DNA from: Bacteroidales bacterium
GTDB lineage: Bacteria > Bacteroidota > Bacteroidia > Bacteroidales > UBA1715
Length of the DNA: 64,000 nt
NCBI GenBank assembly: GCA_024409235.1
Contig: JAKSUA010000003.1
Coordinates: 9,309 to 73,308 of the forward strand
Direction of reading: 5' to 3'
Below are positions 28,961 to 36,546 of this stretch, piece by piece. The position numbers and the translations under genes are program-made. The notes beneath the pieces are model-generated. The model was given only the letters and a program-made list of their open reading frames with translations, was not told where the DNA came from and searched no databases. Within the stretch, counting starts at the first letter, position 1; the number at the start of each line of letters is the position of its first letter.

Positions 28961-30042
28961 CTAATAATGTGTAATTTGCCAGGCATTTATAAGATTGTCA
29001 AAATTATATAATTTTTTGTAACCACTCACCTCTGGATTCATTACTCGGATAACCCACTTGTTTGGATAAACCTTAATACTTTTAACTCCAACCGCATGAC
29101 CATTTGTCCCATCCACCAGAGTTTCCAAAGAGATTCCTTTTCCTTGTTTCATTATCGCAACCAAGTCTTGTATATCATCGGCACTGATTTTTTTCAAATT
29201 GAATCTTCTTGCGGCATACATATCTCTCATCATATTCTGGTCAACTTCAACATGAGGATATGTCATTCTTAAAGAACCTGTACTTTTTGTTGATCCATTA
29301 AAACACTTATCAAAACTTTTAAAAACTTCATATCTACAGTCATACGGACCATATTGATTAAACTGAGGTATTTTCATTTTTGATTTACAAATTGTTCCAT
29401 CCCAAAAATTTCTTTTATCCCTAATAGCATCTATACCACCAATAATCCCCCCTATCAACGCTCCCGAAGTTCCAGAAACAAAACCATCCTTTAATCCTGC
29501 AACTAGGGAATTCCCGAATCCTTTACTTTCAACAAAACCATTCCCTAAGCCAGTGCCCCAATAACTAAGTTCCAAAATTCTCCACTTGGGTCATTGTATT
29601 TCAGCGGATTATTCAGACAGTAACTATATCGGTTGTAGTTCTGCAAATCCTCGGGAGCCTGAACAAACGGGTCGGGGCTAAGGAAGCGTGCAATCACGGG
29701 GTCGTACATTCGGCCGTTCATGTCAATCAAACCAAACTCCTGCCAATGTTCGTGGCCGCAATAGCCTCGCTGGAAACGAGCTAAACTGTCGGTAACCACA
29801 TTTTGCTTGCCCCACGCATCGTATTCGGCACGGAATACCTTTTGCCCGTTTCTGTTGTATAAAGATGCAATGCTACCCAAATAATCGGTCTCTGCCGAAT
29901 AAACCGTAATTGTAGAATTTTTCTTCTCCGCCACGTTCGTTAGCCCGTCTGGAGTATGTATGTAGTAGTAACGATACACGTCGTCACCTGAATGCACCTC
30001 CTCGTAGGTGTCGGCATAGTATCGGGTGTTGTAACCTAACAT
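28961..30042 (-). pseudogene. Orphan Rhs C-terminal fragment plus toxin tip 3 (papain-like Cys peptidase fold predicted), split by a frameshift just after DPSGE
   Basis: ORF 30042-29545 gives MLGYNTRYYAD...NNPLKYNDPSGEFWNLVIGALA-stop. ORF 29575-28961, in another frame and TTG-initiated, continues with a Gly-rich linker and Q74-x5-C80 ... H160 ... N180. One extra T in the TTTT run (plus-strand AAAA 29574-29577) would fuse the two frames. Confidence 0.7.
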
Positions 30043-30060
30043 TTAATTTTATATAAACTT
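29582..30060 (-). repeat. Rhs core-end repeat, copy A (near-identical to 34152-34630)
   Basis: By eye, a long central stretch of several hundred bp is identical between the copies (atatcggttgtagttctgcaaatcctcgggagcc ... ggagtatgtatgtagta). Scattered mismatches occur at both ends. Both copies end in gtaacctaacatttaatttt. Confidence 0.85.
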
Positions 30061-30124
30061 CCTCTCTCCAACAGTCTATAGATAGCCTTCTAGAATAGAA
30101 AGTGTACACTCCTTTGTGCGATAT

Positions 30125-31120
30125 TCACTTTCTCCTTTTGGTCGATTTCTTATCGTATAGTTTCCAAGCACGTAATTCTATTATAGCATCATAATTCTTT
30201 TCTTGTTTTATTTCAAGAAAAATAAACTCCATCGTGTTCGTGTTACAAGTTGCAGGTCTTGCATTTTCATGATAACGATTCCGTTCGCCTTTAAAAAAAG
30301 GCATTTTTTGATTTAAAGATGATTTAAGACCAAATTGAACTCGTTTTCCTTTAAAGTCGAAATCACCCCGACACGATTTAAATGTATGATTCAAATATTC
30401 AGCTTCATAATCATTGAGAATCAGTTTGTTGTCAACACCCATTTTGTCAAAATTAGTAAGTAGTTCCATGGGTATATCTTCAAATGTTACCTTTGAAGTG
30501 TCTTTTAGTATAGTGTCTTTAATTACAGAATGATGCTTCATTCTTTGGACATCCCTGTGGTTATGCACGACTTGAATATCATCCTTCGTAACACAATAAA
30601 AAACATCACCATACATACCATAATAACGGAAGATATGGATTGGTTGTAATTGAATGATATAATTGAGAACATTGTTGTAAATCAACGGCATTTTGTCCCA
30701 TTTTTGTCCACCGTATTTTGTAACTAAAACAGTAGGTTCTTTTTTTGAACAATCATAAATCGAAACATTATATATATTTTTAGAGTCCATAACGACTATC
30801 CTGTCGTAAAAATCATCTTTTGATTTAAAAAACAATTGTTCCACATCTTGAGACATTTCGTTATCGATATAGATTTCAGACCAATATAAACAACATAACG
30901 TTTCGAAAGGGTTATTTAACTGACATTTCTTTACTGCTGCTCGAATGTTCTTTTTATTTTTTTTCTTGTTTTCAAAACTTGAATAATCTTCAAGCATGAC
31001 TATTGATGCAGCATTTTTGTTGGTGCCACAATAGGTAATGGGATGTTCTACCTTTACTTGCTGAGCAAATATAAATTCAGTAAAAAGCAAAAATGTACTA
31101 AAAGTTATGAACTTAAGCAT
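30125..31120 (-). CDS. Exported 331-aa protein, predicted immunity partner of toxin tip 2 and paralog of 35533-36546
   Basis: Signal peptide MLKFITFSTFLLFTEFIFAQ. It starts 9 nt after the tip-2 stop. It shares DVEQLFFKSKDDFYDRI, FDKMGVDN and GDFDFKGK blocks with the 35533-36546 protein. Confidence 0.6.
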   Translation of the reverse strand: MLKFITFSTFLLFTEFIFAQQVKVEHPITYCGTNKNAASIVMLEDYSSFENKKKNKKNIRAAVKKCQLNNPFETLCCLYWSEIYIDNEMSQDVEQLFFKSKDDFYDRIVVMDSKNIYNVSIYDCSKKEPTVLVTKYGGQKWDKMPLIYNNVLNYIIQLQPIHIFRYYGMYGDVFYCVTKDDIQVVHNHRDVQRMKHHSVIKDTILKDTSKVTFEDIPMELLTNFDKMGVDNKLILNDYEAEYLNHTFKSCRGDFDFKGKRVQFGLKSSLNQKMPFFKGERNRYHENARPATCNTNTMEFIFLEIKQEKNYDAIIELRAWKLYDKKSTKRRK

Positions 31121-31129
31121 GACAAATTT

Positions 31130-32713
31130 CTATTTCAAATGAGTTAATAAATATTGACCTTGTATTCTTTTTGAGGAAATTCTATAAAAGTTACCATCTA
31201 CTGGATCCATAATGGTATAATAGTATCTCGGATGTAGTTGTCTCCCTGTACAACTTATTATATTCCGTTGTATAACATTTTTTAACGCTAAACCATGACC
31301 ATAAGATTTGCCAAATTCATCGTAAACAATCGTTGTCAAGAGTACCTTTTTATCCGTATTCTTTAATGCATTCGCTAAATATTCTGATTTAACTTTTATT
31401 TTATTTAAACTCCAAGTTGAGTTTGACACGGCATCAAGCGTTTCTGCTAAATCATCCATAGGAACCAATCCATGTGGACCACAACTATAGTAATTAGAGA
31501 GAGATTCCTGGCTAATGCCTGTCGTTGATTCAACTGCAGCGAATCCGCAATCGTATGGTCCTTTTTGAATAATGCTGGTTACGTCTGTTTCGACTAATGT
31601 TTTTTCATAGATAGTTCTTCCTGTCCAAATTGAGCAATCAGCCTTTTTTGCATTTTTTAATCCTGCAACACATCCTCCTAATGCTCCTGTAATAGCACCT
31701 TCAGCCAATCCGTACCAAAGTGCATCCGTCAATCCCGTATTCCAATTAGTTCCAGAAATGCAATTATTTAGAATTGTAGTTGAAGCACTTGTTGCCACAC
31801 CTGAAGCAGCACCGAGTGCGGCACCTGTGGCACATCCGGAAATGATTCCCGCCACGTTGGTTGCTCCGCCACAAAGACCAGAAACAGCACCAACAGCTGC
31901 TCCTGCAAGGAAATATGCACCTCCACCCGAGTCAGATGTTTTTGAAGCAACACAAACATTTGTAATACCTCCCACGATTGCACCTATAACAATTGCTTCC
32001 CATGCAAGCTCTCCACTTGGGTCGGTATATTTCAGTGGATTATTCAGACAATACGAATAGCGGTTGTAGTTCTGTAAATCCTCTGGAGCCTGAACAAACG
32101 GGTCGGGCGAGAGGAATCGCGAGATTACGGGGTCGTACATTCGGCCGTTCATATCAATGAGGTCGAATTCATGCCAATGCTCGTGGCCACAGTAGCCCCG
32201 TTGGAAGTGGGCGAGGTTGTTGGTAACCACATTCTGCCTTCCCCACGCATCGTATTCCGCACGGAATTCGGTTTGCCCTTTATAGTTATACATCGCCACT
32301 ATACTTCCCAAGTAATCGGTTTCAACGGAATACAATTTCAGGTTCATAGTGTTGCCTATCCTCTCAGCAACCATCGAAAGCCCATCGGAAGTGTAAACAT
32401 AATAGTAACGGTAAACGGTGTCGCCTGCGTGTACTTCCTCGTAGTTGTCGGCGTAGTAGCGGGTGTAGAGCAGGGTGTCGTTTCGGCTCAGTGCCGTTTT
32501 GCACCGTTGGCGGTCGGGGCCGTATGTTATGGTAAGGTTGTAGGTACCTTGGTTCACAGTCGCCACCTTGTTGAACGGCGTGTAGGTAACGTATTGCGGA
32601 ACTTCCGAAACCAAGCCTCCAGTGTTATCCACCCAATCAACGGCATGGGGGCGGTCGGAGTCGTATGAATACGAACCTATGCCTGTTTTCTCCGTTCCGT
32701 TAGTTGCATTCAT
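31130..32713 (-). CDS. Orphan Rhs C-terminal fragment (230 core residues) plus toxin tip 2 (papain-like Cys peptidase fold predicted)
   Basis: Core ...YDAWGRQN...GRMYDPVISRFLSPDPF...NNPLKYTDPSGE (DPSGE at 32023-32009). A Gly/Ala/Ser-rich hydrophobic linker follows, then IIQKGPYDCGF (Q383, C389), GHGLAL (H473) and MDPVDG (D503). There is no N-terminal delivery domain. The ATG overlaps the upstream stop (ATGA). Confidence 0.75.
   Translation of the reverse strand: MNATNGTEKTGIGSYSYDSDRPHAVDWVDNTGGLVSEVPQYVTYTPFNKVATVNQGTYNLTITYGPDRQRCKTALSRNDTLLYTRYYADNYEEVHAGDTVYRYYYVYTSDGLSMVAERIGNTMNLKLYSVETDYLGSIVAMYNYKGQTEFRAEYDAWGRQNVVTNNLAHFQRGYCGHEHWHEFDLIDMNGRMYDPVISRFLSPDPFVQAPEDLQNYNRYSYCLNNPLKYTDPSGELAWEAIVIGAIVGGITNVCVASKTSDSGGGAYFLAGAAVGAVSGLCGGATNVAGIISGCATGAALGAASGVATSASTTILNNCISGTNWNTGLTDALWYGLAEGAITGALGGCVAGLKNAKKADCSIWTGRTIYEKTLVETDVTSIIQKGPYDCGFAAVESTTGISQESLSNYYSCGPHGLVPMDDLAETLDAVSNSTWSLNKIKVKSEYLANALKNTDKKVLLTTIVYDEFGKSYGHGLALKNVIQRNIISCTGRQLHPRYYYTIMDPVDGNFYRISSKRIQGQYLLTHLK
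32009..32473 (-). repeat. Rhs core-end repeat, divergent third copy
   Basis: It covers the same coding segment as 29582-30060 and 34152-34630 but has many substitutions, for example tctgtaaatcctctggagcc versus tctgcaaatcctcgggagcc. Confidence 0.7.
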
Positions 32714-33207
32714 AGAAAACTAAAAAGAATTACAAACAAACAAATAATTAAAATTATACTCAAAGAAAAATTTTTTACAATTGATTTCCTTAAATATTTG
32801 TTTTCTTTTTTTATAATAACCTTTCCTTTCTCCTTGTATATCCAAACATCTCCATTAATGACTGGTAAAAGATATTGTTTTACAAAATTAGATTGTGATT
32901 TTAAACTATATGTTTTGTCTTTTGACATGCATGCACCGAAATAGTCATAAAAATCACTAATATCGAAAGAATATTGTTTTTGACAAATATAGAAATAATC
33001 CGTACGAATTATTTCTATAGACCAAGTTTGTTCATCTCCGATAATATGGAATTCTCTTGCATTTTGATAATTTTCATATATAACTGAGGGCAGACTTCGA
33101 CCATTGTTAATAGAACATTTTTTTATCGAAAAACCAAATTCATTCAAGAAATCAAAAATTTTTAAGATTTCAACAAACAGTTTTTCGTTATAGGTTAAAT
33201 CATCCAT
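32710..33207 (-). CDS. 165-aa tail-anchored protein, predicted immunity partner of toxin tip 1
   Basis: It starts 1 nt after the tip-1 stop. It has no N-terminal signal and a single C-terminal TM helix (NFSLSIILIICLFVILFSFL). Confidence 0.55.
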   Translation of the reverse strand: MDDLTYNEKLFVEILKIFDFLNEFGFSIKKCSINNGRSLPSVIYENYQNAREFHIIGDEQTWSIEIIRTDYFYICQKQYSFDISDFYDYFGACMSKDKTYSLKSQSNFVKQYLLPVINGDVWIYKEKGKVIIKKENKYLRKSIVKNFSLSIILIICLFVILFSFL

Positions 33208-33208
33208 T

Positions 33209-34612
33209 TTAATTTTTATTTATGATAAGAATTCTAATTGTCTGCGTTTTATTGTAAATAGCTTTGACGTTATAAACATTGTTGTAGTTCATGGTACGCC
33301 CTTGTTCCATATTATAGTATGGACTACCATTACCAACAGGACCTCTATCATATATTATTATATTTTCTTGCATTTGAATTTCAATTTGTACAGCGTTATC
33401 ATACATTAATTCAGGGGACGTTCCATAACCTTTGACTTCTTTAGGTATACTATTGTCTGGACGATAATAATCGCTACCCAAATCTTTTGAGATTTGATCA
33501 ACTCCCATCCATCCTTTTTGAGGATCCGTAGTCATTCCTTCTCCTATGGTAAAACTTTTTTTCGGTTTCCCATTCCAAGGATTAATACTATTTTTTCTTG
33601 CACTTACAATTGCTCCAGCACTACCAGATATTGTTCCTGTTATTGCACCTGAAGCTATACTTTGTAATCCTATATGATTTGCTGTAGCAAAATCTCCCGT
33701 CATTATCAAACCTGCCGTTGTCCCTCCAACATAGCCACCAACTGCACCTCCAATGAAGCCTGCAACCGCTCCTTTCAATGTTGGACTCGTTATTTGAAAT
33801 CCATTTATGACAACTCCTCCCAAACCATTTCCTGCCCATTGTCCAGCAGTACCACCAACGAAACCAGATACAGCCCCAATACCTGCATTTCTCAATAAGT
33901 CACTTGCCGAACTTGCTCCACCAAGCCAAGCGTTTGTGGCTCCCATAATTGCTCCTCCTATCAATGAACCTCCAAATTGTGGATACATTGATGCGACGCT
34001 ACTAGCGGCTCCTGCAGCAAATGCTGCAGCTCCTCGTCCAATAGAATTCCAAATATTAGACCCTCCCAAATTTCCTTGAAGTGCGTTTGAAACCAAATTG
34101 ATCGTGCCACCTATCGCACCAACAATCAAATCATCAAATAACCAGTATTCCCCACTTGGGTCGGTATATTTCAGCGGATTATTCAGACAGTAGGAATATC
34201 GGTTGTAGTTCTGCAAATCCTCGGGAGCCTGAACAAACGGGTCGGGGCTAAGGAAGCGTGCAATCACGGGGTCGTACATTCGGCCGTTCATGTCAATCAA
34301 ACCAAACTCCTGCCAATGTTCGTGGCCGCAATAGCCTCGCTGGAAACGAGCTAAACTGTCGGTAACCACATTTTGCTTGCCCCACGCATCGTATTCGGCA
34401 CGGAATACCTTTTGCCCGTTTCTGTTGTATAAAGATGCAATGCTACCCAAATAATCGGTCTCTGCCGAATAAACCGTAATTGTAGAATTTTTCTTCTCCG
34501 CCACGTTCGTTAGCCCGTCTGGAGTATGTATGTAGTAATAGTAATATACGTTATTCCCAGAATGTACTTCTTCGTAGTTGTCGGCATAGTATCGGGTGTT
34601 GTAACCTAACAT
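33209..34612 (-). CDS. Orphan Rhs C-terminal fragment (150 core residues) plus toxin tip 1 (about 200-aa glycine-zipper-like region and an unknown C-terminal domain)
   Basis: MLGYNTRYYADNYEE...NNPLKYTDPSGE (DPSGE at 34162-34148). A region rich in G/A/S with GxxxG-type spacing follows, then about 130 aa with no motif I recognise. Confidence 0.75.
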   Translation of the reverse strand: MLGYNTRYYADNYEEVHSGNNVYYYYYIHTPDGLTNVAEKKNSTITVYSAETDYLGSIASLYNRNGQKVFRAEYDAWGKQNVVTDSLARFQRGYCGHEHWQEFGLIDMNGRMYDPVIARFLSPDPFVQAPEDLQNYNRYSYCLNNPLKYTDPSGEYWLFDDLIVGAIGGTINLVSNALQGNLGGSNIWNSIGRGAAAFAAGAASSVASMYPQFGGSLIGGAIMGATNAWLGGASSASDLLRNAGIGAVSGFVGGTAGQWAGNGLGGVVINGFQITSPTLKGAVAGFIGGAVGGYVGGTTAGLIMTGDFATANHIGLQSIASGAITGTISGSAGAIVSARKNSINPWNGKPKKSFTIGEGMTTDPQKGWMGVDQISKDLGSDYYRPDNSIPKEVKGYGTSPELMYDNAVQIEIQMQENIIIYDRGPVGNGSPYYNMEQGRTMNYNNVYNVKAIYNKTQTIRILIINKN

Positions 34613-34630
34613 TTAATTTTATTATAAACT
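34152..34630 (-). repeat. Rhs core-end repeat, copy B (near-identical to 29582-30060)
   Basis: See copy A. Direct comparison by eye shows the two are in direct orientation, 4.57 kb apart. Confidence 0.85.
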
Positions 34631-34683
34631 TACTTTCTCCAAAACTGCCAAATCTCTACAAATGTAACAAGTTTAGTTTAATT
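34624..34683 (-). repeat. Inter-cassette junction motif, copy B (contains a TAnnTTTG box)
   Basis: taaacttactttctccaaaactgccaaatctctacaaatgtaacaagtttagtttaatt. On the minus strand, TACATTTG lies about 55 nt upstream of the orphan fragment ATG. Confidence 0.75.
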
Positions 34684-34732
34684 GCTAACTTTCAATTTTT
34701 AGGAATGTTATAGCGGTTATTGTTCTGATTAT

Positions 34733-35449
34733 TTAATTGTTTGAATTTATTACATTTTCAAGTGGTGTAAATATATACTCGTTCAACTCTTTTATTTGGG
34801 AATAATAATAATCGTACACATACAATTTATTCTCTTTCAAGAAAAGAAAGCAGTCTCCCTTTAGGAAAAGAAAGGAATCTTCGGTATCCTCATAATGTAA
34901 ATACATAATATATTCCGGATCTTGTTTTTTAATTTCTTTTATGATTTTCTTATCTTCACGAAGTGCCTTTGAACACCTACCACCACACACCCATCGATAC
35001 CAATAATCACAACATATTACACCATTTGCTTTGTTATTTACCTCCACGCCACTACTATTCCTGTTTTTTGTATTACGAAACAATAAACTCCAATTCCCCC
35101 ATAGGTTAAAACAATTTGTGACAACAATTGCGGAATCTATTATCTTTATATTTAACAGATACAATGGTCTTAAACGTTTTAAATCCTTGGAAAATCTTTC
35201 CGTCATTCTGTTAATATCATTTATATCAAGCGTAAAAAAACGTTCGGAACGTGAGTCTTTAACATGATATCCATTCTTAAGCGTCTCTCTATAGGTATCA
35301 ACCAAAAAATTGTTATATTCCACCTTATCCAAACGTTTGTAACAATCTCTTATCTGCGAGATTGTTTCTGAATAAACAAAATCCTGTGCACATAAATTCA
35401 TAGCACACAAGAAAAGTATATTTATAATTAAGAACACTCTATTCTTCAT
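34733..35449 (-). CDS. Exported 238-aa Cys-rich protein, orphan immunity candidate
   Basis: Signal peptide MKNRVFLIINILFLCAMNLCAQ. It sits in the array with no cognate toxin upstream, and I recognise no domain. Confidence 0.5.
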   Translation of the reverse strand: MKNRVFLIINILFLCAMNLCAQDFVYSETISQIRDCYKRLDKVEYNNFLVDTYRETLKNGYHVKDSRSERFFTLDINDINRMTERFSKDLKRLRPLYLLNIKIIDSAIVVTNCFNLWGNWSLLFRNTKNRNSSGVEVNNKANGVICCDYWYRWVCGGRCSKALREDKKIIKEIKKQDPEYIMYLHYEDTEDSFLFLKGDCFLFLKENKLYVYDYYYSQIKELNEYIFTPLENVINSNN

Positions 35450-35532
35450 AATTTCACACCATTAATTTTATAAAAAGTCCAATTTTTCATTTCTGAAACA
35501 CTACACTTTCCCTCTCCATATTTAACTACTCC

Positions 35533-36546
35533 TTATTTCTTGTATGAATTTGTATCATATAACTTCCAAATTAACCATTCCAAGTCAATGATTGCATCAT
35601 ATTCCTTGTATGGTCCGTCATTATAGAATTTTAGATATACGCTTCCTTGTTGACTCGAACTAGGTGGAGCCCCTTCTGCATATCTATTTTTCTCTCCTTC
35701 AAAAAATAGTTTTTTACCTCCATTTAGGAAGAAATGAATTTTTTTACCTTCAAAATCAAAATCACCCCGTATATCCTTTAAAATCAGATTCAAATACGCA
35801 GCTTCGTAACTATTTAACAGTGGATAATTATCAACACCCATTTTATCAAAGTTTTCCAATAGTTCTTTGGGTATATTGTCGAATGTTAATGACAAAATAT
35901 CCTTTTTAAGAGTGTCTTTTATTACAGACCAATGTTTTACACTATCAATGTTACAATCATACTTAACAATTTGGACATCATTACCTACAACACAATAAAA
36001 ACAATCTCCTTTTTTATCTAAATAGCGAAAAACAGCATCAGGCTTTAATTGCAATATGTGAGACAGCATTTTATTTCCAAACACCATTACATCACACCAG
36101 TGATGGGCGTATTGTTCAGATAATATATTAATTACTCCGCTGTTGTAATCAAATATGTCATAGTGATATATAGAAAAAAAATCTTTTTCCCTACTATCGG
36201 CACTGATTATAATTCTGTCATAAAAATCCTCTTTTGATTTAAAAAATAAATCTTCAACATCTCGACAACATTCATCATCTATATTAGAAATTTCTGACCA
36301 AAAAAGACACGACAAATCTTTCTTATCCCCTGCAATATTACACGTCCTTGTAGAGATTCGAATTGCACGTCGTTTTTGTTTTTGTAAATTATAACCAGAA
36401 TAATCATCCAATATAGTTACTCTTGACGGCCCTATGTACGAGCCAGTAGCAGTCATTATAGAAGGGACATTAAGTTTTACACGTTGTGCAAACAAAAAGT
36501 GTCCCGATAATAATAGAATAATAACTAAATAAAATCGTTTCGACAT
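35533..36546 (-). CDS. Exported 337-aa protein, paralog of the tip-2 immunity candidate and first gene of the array
   Basis: I prefer the ATG at 36546 (MSKRFYLVIILLLSGHFLFAQ); the track start at 36585 is a TTG. Similarity to 30125-31120 runs the full length. Confidence 0.6.
   Translation of the reverse strand: MSKRFYLVIILLLSGHFLFAQRVKLNVPSIMTATGSYIGPSRVTILDDYSGYNLQKQKRRAIRISTRTCNIAGDKKDLSCLFWSEISNIDDECCRDVEDLFFKSKEDFYDRIIISADSREKDFFSIYHYDIFDYNSGVINILSEQYAHHWCDVMVFGNKMLSHILQLKPDAVFRYLDKKGDCFYCVVGNDVQIVKYDCNIDSVKHWSVIKDTLKKDILSLTFDNIPKELLENFDKMGVDNYPLLNSYEAAYLNLILKDIRGDFDFEGKKIHFFLNGGKKLFFEGEKNRYAEGAPPSSSQQGSVYLKFYNDGPYKEYDAIIDLEWLIWKLYDTNSYKK

Noticed and set aside
31758-34079. Several ORFs overlapping the Rhs fragments: same-strand alternate-frame ORFs 31768-31983 and 33621-33839, and opposite-strand ORFs 31758-32060, 32171-32668, 33674-33898 and 33807-34079
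   Set aside because: They lie in the GC-richer core or in the Gly/Ala-codon-rich linker regions, where stop codons are rare in all frames. Their translations are low complexity (P/A/V-rich) and they fully overlap convincing CDSs.
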